From an uncultured bacterium (GTDB lineage: Bacteria > Desulfobacterota > BSN033 > UBA1163): a stretch of 64,000 bases of DNA. This document shows positions 36,990 through 47,171 of this stretch, in pieces. A program made the position numbers and the translations under genes. Under the pieces are notes generated by a model. The model saw nothing but the letters and a program-made list of their open reading frames with translations. It did no database searches and was not told the origin of the DNA. Position 1 is the stretch's first letter. Each line of letters starts with the position of its first letter. The stretch spans positions 75,038 through 139,037 of the forward strand of contig CALLAL010000016.1 in the NCBI GenBank assembly GCA_938002255.1. Direction: 5' to 3'.

Positions 36990-38036
36990 TTGAACTTTGA
37001 TTTTATTAAGATGAATCGCATTCTGGTGAGAGGGGTCAACTGGGTGGGAGATACGATTCTTACCTATCCCACTGTTGAAGCCTTAAAGCGCCGTTTTCCA
37101 GATTCGGAGATCTCAATCCTTGTTCCAAGCCATTTGGCTGATTTATGGAAAACTTTTCCCTATATTGAAAACATCATCCCTTTTGAGAATAGAAAGGGGA
37201 TAGCATCCTTTTTTGAAGATTTCAGAATCAGTCGTTTATTAAGAAAGGAAAGGTTTGATCTCGGTTTAATCTTACCGAGGTCTTTTCACTCCGCCTTCCA
37301 ACTCTTTTTGGCCAAAATCCCAATTCGGATAGGATACCAGGATGAAGGTCGATCTTTGTTGCTTACCCATAGGGTTCGTCGGAAAAAAGAGTTTCTCCGT
37401 GTCCATCGGGTTTACTATTATCAGGAACTCTTGAAACCGTTTGGGGCAAAGCATCCTCTTTCTTCTCCCCGCCTCCATCTCAGAGAAGAAGATAGAAGAT
37501 GGGCCGAGGAGATTTTAAAAGGTAGAGGACTCCCAAATGGAAAACCCATGATTGGGTTGAATCCAGGAGCCGCTTATGGTTTGGCCAAATGCTGGTTTCC
37601 AGACCGCTTTGGTGAACTTGGAAGAAGACTTTCACAAACCTGGAAGGCAAAGATTCTGGTGTTTGGAAGAGTGGAGGAACGGAAGATAGCCAATCGGATC
37701 TTAAGTTATTTAGGGGGTGAGGGGATCGATTTGACAGGTCAGACCAATCTCCTTCAATTGGCTGCTCTTCTCGAAAAATGTTCTCTTTTGGTTACGAACG
37801 ATACTGGGACAATGCATATCGCTTCAGCCACTGGAACGCCTGTCATCGCTCTTTTTGGCCCAACAGATCCCAAGGCAACAGGTCCCTGGGGAGAAAGACA
37901 TGTGGTCATCAAGAAAGAAGTTTCCTGTAGTCCATGTTTTAAAAGAGTCTGCCCAACGGACCACCGATGTATGGAACAGATCACCGTGGAGGAAGTGCAA
38001 GAGGCGGTTAACGGGAAGTTAAGAGGACTTAAATGA
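36990..38036 (+). CDS. GT9 family heptosyltransferase (WaaF-like)
   Basis: ILVRGVNWVGDTILTYPTVEALKRRFP and VTNDTGTMHIASATG GT9 motifs. Confidence 0.75.
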   Translation: MNFDFIKMNRILVRGVNWVGDTILTYPTVEALKRRFPDSEISILVPSHLADLWKTFPYIENIIPFENRKGIASFFEDFRISRLLRKERFDLGLILPRSFHSAFQLFLAKIPIRIGYQDEGRSLLLTHRVRRKKEFLRVHRVYYYQELLKPFGAKHPLSSPRLHLREEDRRWAEEILKGRGLPNGKPMIGLNPGAAYGLAKCWFPDRFGELGRRLSQTWKAKILVFGRVEERKIANRILSYLGGEGIDLTGQTNLLQLAALLEKCSLLVTNDTGTMHIASATGTPVIALFGPTDPKATGPWGERHVVIKKEVSCSPCFKRVCPTDHRCMEQITVEEVQEAVNGKLRGLK

Positions 38037-38866
38037 GACATGAGGGGCAAAAGACGATGAAGGGTCCAGTCATGACCAATCCAACAGACAACAAACTTCC
38101 CGTTTCCGTCTATGTTCTCACCTTTAACAATCACCGCACGATCGAGCGATGTCTCAACAGTCTTCATTGGGCAGAGGAGTTGGTGGTTGTTGATTCCGGA
38201 AGTACGGATGGGACCTATGAGATCTGTAAGCGATATACGGAAAAGCTCTATTGCAAAGAATTCCAGGGACATCGCGATCAATACCAATTTGCGGCAGATC
38301 TCACCACACGGGACTGGATTATGTTTGTGGACGCCGATGAAGAAGTTCCCCCGGAATTGGTAGAGGAAATTAGAAAAGTGTTAAGGGAGGAGGCTGAAGA
38401 CATAGATGGGTTTTTCGTCTATCGACAAACCTTTTATCTCGGGAAATGGATTCGATATGGTGGATGGTATCCGGACGGAGAGATTCGACTTTACCGAAGA
38501 GATAAAGGAAGATGGGAAGGTGGGCTCCATGCTAAGATCCAAGTGAAGGGCAGGGTCTCTGTTTTAAAGAATAAATACCTCCACTACACCTATCGGGATA
38601 TCTCAGACCAAATTCAAACCATTGATAAATACTCGAAGATCGCCGCTGAGGATATGGCGGAAAGCGGAGAGAAATTCAGTGTCTTCAAGCTTCTTTTTCA
38701 TCCTCCTTTCCGCTTTGTCAAGGAATACCTTTTGAAGATGGGATTCAGGGATGGGTTGCCCGGATTGATCATCATCGTTTCCACCATGTTTTATGTGTTT
38801 ATCAAATACGCTAAACTCTGGGAGATCCAGAAGTTGAAAAGGGAGCGAAAAGATGACTCCATATGA
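38033..38866 (+). CDS. GT2 family glycosyltransferase (LPS core-type)
   Basis: VSVYVLTFNNHRTIERCLNSL...VVVDSGSTDGT and DADE motif. Confidence 0.7.
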   Translation: MRHEGQKTMKGPVMTNPTDNKLPVSVYVLTFNNHRTIERCLNSLHWAEELVVVDSGSTDGTYEICKRYTEKLYCKEFQGHRDQYQFAADLTTRDWIMFVDADEEVPPELVEEIRKVLREEAEDIDGFFVYRQTFYLGKWIRYGGWYPDGEIRLYRRDKGRWEGGLHAKIQVKGRVSVLKNKYLHYTYRDISDQIQTIDKYSKIAAEDMAESGEKFSVFKLLFHPPFRFVKEYLLKMGFRDGLPGLIIIVSTMFYVFIKYAKLWEIQKLKRERKDDSI

Positions 38867-39845
38867 GAAAGCCTTTCGAGGAAAGAACGTGCTGATTACA
38901 GGAGGGCTGGGTTTCATCGGATCGAATCTTTCCATCCGGCTGGTTGATGTGGGGGCCAATGTCCTATTGGTGGATAGCCTGATCCCCGAGTATGGAGGCC
39001 ATCTGTTCAATATTGAGAATATTAAAAACAAAGTTCGAGTGAATATCTCGGACGTCAGGGATGAGCATAGCATGCGATATCTGGTCCAAGGTCAGGATTA
39101 CCTGTTTAACTTGGCAGGCCAAACAAGCCACCTCGATTCGATGGAAGATCCCTACACGGACCTCGAAATCAATGCCAAAGCGCAACTTTATATCCTCGAA
39201 GCCTGTCGCCGATATAATCCCAGCATCAAGTTGGTTTTTGCGAGTACCCGTCAAATTTATGGGAAACCAGAATACCTCCCCGTTGATGAAAAACATCCTT
39301 TGAGACCGGTTGATGTTAATGGGATCAATAAGATGGCAGGTGAGCGATACCATTTACTCTATAACGATGTTTATGGTATCCGATCATGTGTCCTTCGTCT
39401 CACAAATACGTATGGTCCCCGAATGAGAGTCAAGGATGCTCGGCAAACCTTTTTAGGGATCTGGATACGACTCCTTGTAGAGGGGAAACCCTTCGAGGTA
39501 TGGGAAGGGGACCAACTTCGCGATTTTACATATGTGGATGATGTGGTTGATGCGCTCATGATGACAGCGACGAGTCCGGACGCAGACGGCCAAATTTTTA
39601 ATCTCGGTGGGGAAGCCTCTATCCGTTTGAAGGATCTGGCGGCGTTGCTGGTTGAACTTAACGGAGGAGGCCACTATCAGGTCCGCTCCTTTCCACCGGA
39701 AAGGAAGCGAATTGACATTGGCGATTACTATGCGGACTTTGGTCAGATTCGGTCCGTTTTAGGCTGGCATCCGAAGGTTTCTTTACGCCAGGGGTTAGCC
39801 CAGACCCTCTCATTTTATCGTGAACATCTGGAGCACTATCAATGA
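38853..39845 (+). CDS. NAD-dependent sugar-nucleotide epimerase/dehydratase (extended SDR)
   Basis: [14 protein letters not shown] Rossmann motif. The position of the SDR YxxxK Tyr appears to be Asn (NGINK). Confidence 0.7.
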   Translation: MTPYEKAFRGKNVLITGGLGFIGSNLSIRLVDVGANVLLVDSLIPEYGGHLFNIENIKNKVRVNISDVRDEHSMRYLVQGQDYLFNLAGQTSHLDSMEDPYTDLEINAKAQLYILEACRRYNPSIKLVFASTRQIYGKPEYLPVDEKHPLRPVDVNGINKMAGERYHLLYNDVYGIRSCVLRLTNTYGPRMRVKDARQTFLGIWIRLLVEGKPFEVWEGDQLRDFTYVDDVVDALMMTATSPDADGQIFNLGGEASIRLKDLAALLVELNGGGHYQVRSFPPERKRIDIGDYYADFGQIRSVLGWHPKVSLRQGLAQTLSFYREHLEHYQ

Positions 39846-40978
39846 TGACTCCTGCATCCCGATTCATCGTTCACAATGACCTCAGAGCAGGATATCTTTC
39901 GGTTAAAGAGGAGATCGATTCAGCAATCTTACGCGTTTTGGATAGCGGGTGGTACATCCTTGGAAAAGAAGTCCGTGCCTTTGAAGAAGAGTTTGCGGCT
40001 TATATTGGCGTTCGATTTGGAATTGGTGTTGGGAGCGGTACCGAAGCGTTGCATTTGGCAATGAGGGCCTGTGGCATTATTCCCGGCGATGAAGTCATCA
40101 CGGTTTCTCATACAGCCGTGGCGACCGTAGCTGCCATTGAACTGTGCGGTGCTAAACCGGTTTTGGTGGACATTTTACCCGATACCTTTTTGATAGATCC
40201 GGAAAAAATTGAACGGGCGATTACCCCCCAAACCAAAGCGATTATTCCAGTCCACCTTTATGGGCAAGTTGCGGATATGGAGGCGGTCCGGTCTATTGCA
40301 AAACGGTATGGGTTGCGCTTCATTGAAGATTGTGCCCAGTCTCACGGTGCTCTTTTGAAGGGGCGGCGGAGTGGTTCCTGGGGGGATCTTGGAGCCTTCA
40401 GCTTTTATCCAACGAAAAACTTGGGAGCCATGGGAGATGGTGGAATGGTGGTGACCGATGACCCGGAACTCGCAGAGAGGGTTAGAGGCTTACGCCAATA
40501 TGGATGGCACCAGCGTTATGTGAGTGAATTTCCGGGAGTTAATTCCAGGCTGGATGAATTGCAGGCGGCGATTTTGAGGGTCAAATTAAGATATTTGGAT
40601 CGATGGAATGAATTGAGAAGGGAGAAAGCCAATCGCTACACCACCCTGTTGGAGGGGCTAGGCATATATTGCCCCATTGCCAAAGAACCTCAGCAACACG
40701 TTTATCATCTTTATGTGATCCGAGTGAAGCACAGGGATCGTCTTAAAACCTTTTTAAAAGAAAGGGGTATCGAAACACTCATTCACTACCCCATTCCGAT
40801 ACACCTCCAGAAAGGTTATCAACATTTAGGCTATCGAATTGGGAGTCTTCCTGTCACTGAATCGTGTTCAGATGAGATTCTTTCTCTTCCCCTGTATCCA
40901 GAGATATCTGAATCAGATATTGAAGAAGTAGCGACACAGATCGCCCATTTTATGAAGGCCAGCCACGGGTCTATTTGA
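39842..40978 (+). CDS. DegT/DnrJ/EryC1/StrS family PLP-dependent sugar aminotransferase
   Basis: [23 protein letters not shown] and [15 protein letters not shown] (PLP-lysine region). Confidence 0.8.
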   Translation: MMTPASRFIVHNDLRAGYLSVKEEIDSAILRVLDSGWYILGKEVRAFEEEFAAYIGVRFGIGVGSGTEALHLAMRACGIIPGDEVITVSHTAVATVAAIELCGAKPVLVDILPDTFLIDPEKIERAITPQTKAIIPVHLYGQVADMEAVRSIAKRYGLRFIEDCAQSHGALLKGRRSGSWGDLGAFSFYPTKNLGAMGDGGMVVTDDPELAERVRGLRQYGWHQRYVSEFPGVNSRLDELQAAILRVKLRYLDRWNELRREKANRYTTLLEGLGIYCPIAKEPQQHVYHLYVIRVKHRDRLKTFLKERGIETLIHYPIPIHLQKGYQHLGYRIGSLPVTESCSDEILSLPLYPEISESDIEEVATQIAHFMKASHGSI

Positions 40979-40998
40979 TGTAGGCAACACCTTTCAAC

Positions 40999-42168
40999 AT
41001 GAAGATTCTTCATCTTTTCAGTGATTGGAAATGGACGGGTCCCTCTGAGCCCATCGTTAACTTATGCAAGGAATTGGAAAGAAGGGGGCATGAGGTAATG
41101 CTTGCCTATCGAAAGCCCCCATTTTTTGTTGAAGACAGTTTGGATAAAAGGGTTAAAGAGAGAGGAATTCATACGACCGACCAGTTTCATCTGAACCGAC
41201 CCCTGAGATTGTACTCTCTTTCTTCGCTTCGAGACAATCTCTCTGATATTTTCAGTCTGACGAATTACCTCCGGAAAGAAAAGGTGGATATCCTCAATGT
41301 CCACCAATCCCACGACCATATTCTGGGTGGGATTGCCGCCAGAAGGTCCGGCACCCCTGTCGTCGTCATTAGGACCGATCATAAACGGGATTCGATCAGT
41401 CCCCATCCGGGGAATCGTCTCCTGATGAGTAGGCTAACCGATGGCATGATTACCTTCTCGGAAAGAGCCAGAGGCGAGGATTCAAAGCATTTTGGGTTTC
41501 CCCTTGAACGAGTCTGCAAGGTGAATCCAGCTTTAGATCTTGACCGATATCGTCCCGAAAGGACTTTTAAAGATATGAGGTCGTTGTTTGGAATTGAGAA
41601 GGATGAAATTGTGATCGGAATGATTGCACGATTTCAGAAATACCGTAGGACTGAGGTGTTCCTTGAGGCCGTTAAAGGGGTGGTTCAAGAATTTTCGAAA
41701 ATTAGAGTGCTTTTGGTGGGTCGGTCAAGTCAGATGGAGGAGAGCGTTGTTAAACCGATGAAGAGGCTCGGCATAGAGCCGTGGGTGGTTCTTGGAGGAT
41801 ATCAGACAGAAAACTATCTCGATACGTTAGCCTGTATGGATATCTTTGTCTTCTTGATGCCTGGCTCTGATGGGACGGCAAGGGCTTTAAGAGAGGCCAT
41901 GGCTATGGGAAAACCTTCGATCGTTGCCAATCGGGGGATCTTGCCCGAGTTGGTGGAAGATGGGGTTTCAGGCTTTGTGGTTAAGGATTCACCTGAGGCG
42001 TTGACCCATGCGACCCTTCAACTTCTCCGAGACCTGGCGTTAAGAAAAAAGATGGGAGCGGCAGCTTACGAAAAGGCCCATCGGGAATTCCGACTCGATA
42101 AACAGGCTGAAGACATTGAAAGATTCTATCAGGAGATGATGAGTTTAGGGAAGTGGAGAGGAAAATAA
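40999..42168 (+). CDS. GT4 family glycosyltransferase
   Basis: GT-B fold. C-terminal EAMAMGKPSIVANRGILPELVEDGVSGF. Confidence 0.7.
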   Translation: MKILHLFSDWKWTGPSEPIVNLCKELERRGHEVMLAYRKPPFFVEDSLDKRVKERGIHTTDQFHLNRPLRLYSLSSLRDNLSDIFSLTNYLRKEKVDILNVHQSHDHILGGIAARRSGTPVVVIRTDHKRDSISPHPGNRLLMSRLTDGMITFSERARGEDSKHFGFPLERVCKVNPALDLDRYRPERTFKDMRSLFGIEKDEIVIGMIARFQKYRRTEVFLEAVKGVVQEFSKIRVLLVGRSSQMEESVVKPMKRLGIEPWVVLGGYQTENYLDTLACMDIFVFLMPGSDGTARALREAMAMGKPSIVANRGILPELVEDGVSGFVVKDSPEALTHATLQLLRDLALRKKMGAAAYEKAHREFRLDKQAEDIERFYQEMMSLGKWRGK

Positions 42169-43328
42169 GGTTTGCCACAGCCATTCATGACTTCTCCAGA
42201 AGCAAAGGAGGGGCAGAAAGATATCTCGTAAACCTCTGTACCCGGATGGCTCAAGAGGGCCATGAAATCCATGTCTATGCAGAGAAATGGGAGGAAGAAT
42301 TTCCCGGGATTTTTCTCCACAGGGTGAAGCCCTTTCCATTTCCGAAAAGCCTTCGCCTTCTCTCTTTTGCCGTCAAGGCAACAAAAGAGATGAAAAATGG
42401 AAATTATGATGTCACGCTCGGAGTTGGAAATACTCTGGAGGCAGACGTGCTTCAACCCCATGGAGGAGTTCACTGGGCTTGGTTCTGGAGAAGTTTGAAA
42501 GCTTATGATTGTCCCCTCTTATGGTTGACCAAATTCTTAGGCAGAGTGTTAAGCCCGAAGCAATGGGTTCAGGGGTATATTGAACGAACACCGTATAGAA
42601 AAGGGACATATAAAAAGATCATTGCCATTTCAGATATGGTTAAAGAAGATTTAATCAAATGGTATCATATCCCAGAAGACCGAATTGTTGTGGTCTATAA
42701 TGGCGTGGATGTCGAGCGCTTTAACCCCAACAATCAACACTATCGAGACGACATTAGAAAAAGACATGGCATTGGAGAAGAATTCGTCATCCTATTTGTT
42801 TCGAATAATTTCAGAATGAAAGGGTTGCGCCATTTGATGAAAGCTTTAGCCGAGGTAAAAAAAGAGGGCTGTCCCCCATTTAAGCTCCTGATTCTGGGTA
42901 GGGACCAGCAGACTCCTTATCTCCGGATGGCCGAAAAGATTGGAATTGCAGAAGAGATCATCTTTGCCGGTTCAACCCCTGAACCTGAGAAATATTATGG
43001 AGCGGCCGATCTACTGGCCCATCCGACTTTTTATGATGCCTGTTCGCTTACGGTGTTAGAAGCCCTTGCAAGTGGATTGCCCGTGATCACGACCACCTTT
43101 AATGGGGCAAGCGGGGTGATCCCTCCAAACCATCATGGTTTTATTCTCTCTGACCCCGCAGATAGCCGTTCTCTTGCAGACCATCTTCTTTTTCTTTTAA
43201 AAAAGAAAAATTGGCAGAAACGAACCGACGCTGAGGAATTCGGCCTTAACTATTCAGATAAAAAAAATTGGGAAGCAATGGCGTTTATTTTTCAGAAAGC
43301 TATTCGTGGAGAGGAAAACGCCCAATGA
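42153..43328 (+). CDS. GT4 family glycosyltransferase
   Basis: N-terminal GGAERY motif and C-terminal EALASGLPVITT. Probably starts with GTG at 42153. Confidence 0.7.
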   Translation: MERKIRFATAIHDFSRSKGGAERYLVNLCTRMAQEGHEIHVYAEKWEEEFPGIFLHRVKPFPFPKSLRLLSFAVKATKEMKNGNYDVTLGVGNTLEADVLQPHGGVHWAWFWRSLKAYDCPLLWLTKFLGRVLSPKQWVQGYIERTPYRKGTYKKIIAISDMVKEDLIKWYHIPEDRIVVVYNGVDVERFNPNNQHYRDDIRKRHGIGEEFVILFVSNNFRMKGLRHLMKALAEVKKEGCPPFKLLILGRDQQTPYLRMAEKIGIAEEIIFAGSTPEPEKYYGAADLLAHPTFYDACSLTVLEALASGLPVITTTFNGASGVIPPNHHGFILSDPADSRSLADHLLFLLKKKNWQKRTDAEEFGLNYSDKKNWEAMAFIFQKAIRGEENAQ

Positions 43329-43918
43329 AGAAAAAACGATTCTGGTATCCCCTGATCAATCTTAAAAATCGTTTTTTATTTGGATCCTACGGGAAGGATG
43401 TTTACATTGAGCCTGGGGTGGTGATCAACCGGCCAAGGTTTGTTCATGTGGGGAATCATGTGCGGATCAAACGAAATACCAGTATCAATCTCCACCCCCA
43501 AGACAAACACTCAATCCAGGGCCTTCTTTTTATCGGGGACCACGTGATCATCTCAGAGGGATGCTTTATCAGTGCCTGCAACCATCTCGTCATCGAAGAA
43601 AATGTAGGGATCTCACCCCATGTCATGATCATCGATAATTCCAGAAAACCGGGGGATATCCGTCGTCCCAGCAAGGAACAGGAGGTTCAGGTTGGTTATG
43701 TTCATATAGGAGCGGATTCCTGGATTGCTTATGGGGCTTGTATCCTTCCCAATGTGACCATCGGCAAACATTGTATTATTGGGGCCCTCTCAGTGGTCAC
43801 TCGAGATATTCCAGACTATTCGGTTGCCATGGGAGCACCCGCGAAAGTGATCAAACGATTCGATTTTGAGAAACAACTATGGGTAAAGGTGAAGGATGAG
43901 GAAAATCTCGTGGAGTGA
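43325..43918 (+). CDS. Hexapeptide-repeat (LbH) sugar O-acetyltransferase
   Basis: Start at ATG 43325 overlapping the upstream stop. Hexapeptide repeats IGADSWIAYGACILPNVTIGKHCIIGALSVV. Confidence 0.65.
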   Translation: MKKKRFWYPLINLKNRFLFGSYGKDVYIEPGVVINRPRFVHVGNHVRIKRNTSINLHPQDKHSIQGLLFIGDHVIISEGCFISACNHLVIEENVGISPHVMIIDNSRKPGDIRRPSKEQEVQVGYVHIGADSWIAYGACILPNVTIGKHCIIGALSVVTRDIPDYSVAMGAPAKVIKRFDFEKQLWVKVKDEENLVE

Positions 43919-44537
43919 TCTTTTTAAGCATCGGAATGAGATCCATCATCGTTATCCTGATATCTGGCACCTTAAGATTCTCAGGAAGCGATTTCCTTTG
44001 ATGCTTCAAAACCTCAGGGATGGAGCAAGAGTGCTTGACGTCGGGGCTTCCAACCGAGATCTCGAAGGCCGTTTAAAGAAATATTATCCGAATCTTATCT
44101 ATCGAAGCATGGACATCGATCAAACACAATTTCACGATTATTATCGGTTTGAGGACATTCAAGAAAGATACGACGTCGTGTTTCTTTTTGAAGTGATCGA
44201 GCACCTCCCTTTAGAAGAAGGACTGGAGATGGTGGAGAAAATCTATGCACTTCTTAAAGAGGGAGGGAGGCTCCTTTTGACGACTCCCAACATTTTTAAT
44301 CCTGGTCGGTACTGGCGGGATGCGACACACAGACAGGCTTATTGTTATGATGAGTTAGGTGGAATCCTGATGGCCCAAGGATTTTCAATCAAGGAGATGT
44401 ATCGAACCTACAGCGATGCTTTCCACCGCTATCTGTTCCGAGTCTATGTGATGGCTCCTCTCCACCGTTATCTGGGAATTGATTTTGCGAAATCGATTTT
44501 AATTGTGGCCATCAAGGGGGAAGAGAAGCAACGATGA
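43896..44537 (+). CDS. Class I SAM-dependent methyltransferase
   Basis: VLDVGASNRDLEG (motif I), VVFLFEVIEHLP, LKEGGRLLLTTPN. Confidence 0.65.
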   Translation: MRKISWSDLFKHRNEIHHRYPDIWHLKILRKRFPLMLQNLRDGARVLDVGASNRDLEGRLKKYYPNLIYRSMDIDQTQFHDYYRFEDIQERYDVVFLFEVIEHLPLEEGLEMVEKIYALLKEGGRLLLTTPNIFNPGRYWRDATHRQAYCYDELGGILMAQGFSIKEMYRTYSDAFHRYLFRVYVMAPLHRYLGIDFAKSILIVAIKGEEKQR

Positions 44538-45523
44538 ACCTCATTTTTCTCACCCATTCTAGTGACCAAGGACACCGATTCCGGGTCGAGCAATATTTTC
44601 CCCTTCTCCGACACCATCAGGTGAACCCCGTATGGCAGCCCCTTCCTCCCTCCATAAAGAATCGGATATCGATTTATCAAAAGCTTCGGGAGTTTGATAT
44701 CGTCTGTATTCAGAGGCGATTACTCTCTCCTCTGGAATTTTTGTGGGTCCGAAAGAAATCGAAAAAGATTCTCTTTGATCTCGACGATGCCATCATGTAT
44801 CGTTCCCCCAGTTCCCCTTATCCCCATTCTTTTTCAAGATGGATCAAATTTAAATGGATGGTGAGGGGAAGTGACGCCGTGATTGCAGGAAATCATTTTC
44901 TTCGCGAAGAAGTCTTCAAAGCCGATCCTCATAAAAGGGTTTTTATTATTCCAACTCCAGTTGACCTCAAGGCTTATCCTCTTAAAAAAGAGGTTACCCC
45001 CTCTGCCGAAATGAACATCGGCTGGATTGGAACCAAAGGAAATTTAAGATATCTTCAAGCTCTGGAACCTGTTTTCAAAATCCTTGCCCCTCGATTCCCA
45101 AACGTAAAATTGAAAGTGGTCAGTAATGGTCTATTCGAATCCCAGTTTATTCCGACGGTGAACAAGCCCTGGGTTTTGGAGGAAGAAAACCAGGATTTAA
45201 TTTCTTTTGACATCGGTCTGATGCCTCTGGAGGATCATCTGTGGTCAAGGGGAAAATGTGGGTTGAAAATTATCCAATATCTAAGCGTGGGCCTTCCGGT
45301 GGTCTGTTCCCCTGTGGGAATGAATCGGGATATCATCAAGCATGGCGTCAATGGATTCTGGGCGGGTACCCCAACGGAATGGATGAAATATATCCAAACG
45401 CTTTTGCAGGATACTGGCTTAAGAAAAGAGATGGGACTTCGGGGGATTGAAACCGTTCAAGAAGGGTACAGTCTCGAGGTAAACTTCCATAAACTTCTGC
45501 AGGTTCTGGAGTCACTGGCTTAG
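44534..45523 (+). CDS. Glycosyltransferase (GT-B, GT4-like), paralog A
   Basis: C-terminal GLKIIQYLSVGLPVVCSPVGMNRDIIKHGVNGF. About 35-40% identical to the next gene. Confidence 0.6.
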   Translation: MNLIFLTHSSDQGHRFRVEQYFPLLRHHQVNPVWQPLPPSIKNRISIYQKLREFDIVCIQRRLLSPLEFLWVRKKSKKILFDLDDAIMYRSPSSPYPHSFSRWIKFKWMVRGSDAVIAGNHFLREEVFKADPHKRVFIIPTPVDLKAYPLKKEVTPSAEMNIGWIGTKGNLRYLQALEPVFKILAPRFPNVKLKVVSNGLFESQFIPTVNKPWVLEEENQDLISFDIGLMPLEDHLWSRGKCGLKIIQYLSVGLPVVCSPVGMNRDIIKHGVNGFWAGTPTEWMKYIQTLLQDTGLRKEMGLRGIETVQEGYSLEVNFHKLLQVLESLA

Positions 45524-45537
45524 AGGGTGTTGGTTCT

Positions 45538-46551
45538 ATGAAAGTCCTTTTTTTCATTCAGGGATTTTCCGTTGCGGCCAGCCGTTATCGAGTGCTTCAA
45601 TATCTACCCTATCTTAAATCCCGAGGCGTGGAGCCCACGGTTCAGGTTTATCCAAAAACCCTCAAGGACCATCTTCAATGGTTCAAATTGCTTCCTCAAT
45701 ATGATATTGTTTTTTTACAGAGAAAGCGGTTCAATCAACCCAGACTCGGACTTTTGCGCAGAAGGGCAAAAAAAATCATTTATGACTTCGACGATGCCGT
45801 GATGTATCGAAACTCCAAATCTGGCCAACCCATCTCTTCCTCACGCAGGAGGCGATTTGTTCAAATGATCCGGGCCTCCGATTTTGTCATTGCCGGGAAT
45901 GAATTTTTAAAGTATGAAGTTCAAGCCCTTCATCCTCGTGTGGAAGTCATTCCAACACCTATTGATATCAGCCGGTATCGGCCTAAAGCCTACCTCATCC
46001 AACCGGAACGAGTCACCTTAGGGTGGATCGGGGATCATGGATCCATTCACTATCTTGAAAAAATGAAGCCAGTCTTTAATCGGCTTGGCAAGAAATATCC
46101 CCACGTCGATCTCAAGATCGTCTGCGATATCTTTTTCGATTGCGATTCCATCAGGGTGATTAAAAAGGATTGGAAAGCAGAGGAAGAAGTCTTAGACCTT
46201 CAGAGTTTTGATATTGGGGTGATGCCTCTGGTCGATGATCCTTGGTCCTGGGGAAAATGTGGATTAAAAATTATCCAATATCAGGGGGTTGGTGTTCCGG
46301 TGGTTTGCACACCGGTCGGAATCAATAGGGATTTGGTGGAGGATGGGGTAAATGGATTTTATGCAATGACTCCGGAAGAGTGGGAGGAAAAACTTTCCTT
46401 GTTGATTGAAGATGCCTCCCTGAGGGAAAGAATGGGTCAGGAAGGGCGAAAGCGGGTCTTAAAGGGCTATACCCTTCAAGCCTGTGCCCCTAAATTGTTT
46501 TCTATTCTTCAGCGAGTTTCTGAAATGTCCGAAATGGAGAGTGTTCCTTGA
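45538..46551 (+). CDS. Glycosyltransferase (GT-B, GT4-like), paralog B
   Basis: Collinear with 44534..45523 (YRVLQYLPYL versus FRVEQYFPLL, GLKIIQYQGVGVPVVCTPVGINRDLVEDGVNGF). Confidence 0.6.
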   Translation: MKVLFFIQGFSVAASRYRVLQYLPYLKSRGVEPTVQVYPKTLKDHLQWFKLLPQYDIVFLQRKRFNQPRLGLLRRRAKKIIYDFDDAVMYRNSKSGQPISSSRRRRFVQMIRASDFVIAGNEFLKYEVQALHPRVEVIPTPIDISRYRPKAYLIQPERVTLGWIGDHGSIHYLEKMKPVFNRLGKKYPHVDLKIVCDIFFDCDSIRVIKKDWKAEEEVLDLQSFDIGVMPLVDDPWSWGKCGLKIIQYQGVGVPVVCTPVGINRDLVEDGVNGFYAMTPEEWEEKLSLLIEDASLRERMGQEGRKRVLKGYTLQACAPKLFSILQRVSEMSEMESVP

Positions 46552-47171
46552 GAGAAGCCATCGTCAATTATGTGAAATGGGCTATTGAGCGTTTTCCCTT
46601 TGAGGAACCCATTCTGGATACCTGTGCTGGATGGGAACCGAATTATTACCAACCCCTTTTTCCAGGGAAGCGTTATCTTAAACAAGACATGCAGGATTTT
46701 GACCCACCCTGTATTGATATCCTTTGTGATATCACCGATATGGAACCGATTCCTGATGAAAGCATTGGGTTGGTGCTTAATCTTGAATCCCTGGAGCATA
46801 TTGCTCATCCACAGAAAGCCATCGATGAGATCCACCGTGTCCTCAAGCCCGAGGGGCTTTTGATCTTAACCACCGTCATGCATTTTAAAATCCATCACGC
46901 TCCAAAGGATTACTGGCGGTTTACACCGGAAGGGATTGAACTATTGTTGGGTAAATTCAAAATCTTAGATTGCACGCTGGAAGGGGACCTTAAGAGGCCT
47001 AAAGGCATCTGGACGACTGCTCGTAAAACTTCGGAGAAAGAGGAGTGGGGAAAACTGCCTCCCTTAAGAATAGCGAAGAGTGACGATCGATTGTGGGCCA
47101 AACTGAAACGGAAAGTCACAAAAGGGGCTTCTTTCCTTCAAGAGAGGAGTTGGGTTAGGGGAAATGGCTAA
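46548..47171 (+). CDS. Class I SAM-dependent methyltransferase
   Basis: Methyltransf_11-like region LVLNLESLEHIAHPQKAIDEIHRVLKPEGLLILTT. Confidence 0.6.
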   Translation: MREAIVNYVKWAIERFPFEEPILDTCAGWEPNYYQPLFPGKRYLKQDMQDFDPPCIDILCDITDMEPIPDESIGLVLNLESLEHIAHPQKAIDEIHRVLKPEGLLILTTVMHFKIHHAPKDYWRFTPEGIELLLGKFKILDCTLEGDLKRPKGIWTTARKTSEKEEWGKLPPLRIAKSDDRLWAKLKRKVTKGASFLQERSWVRGNG

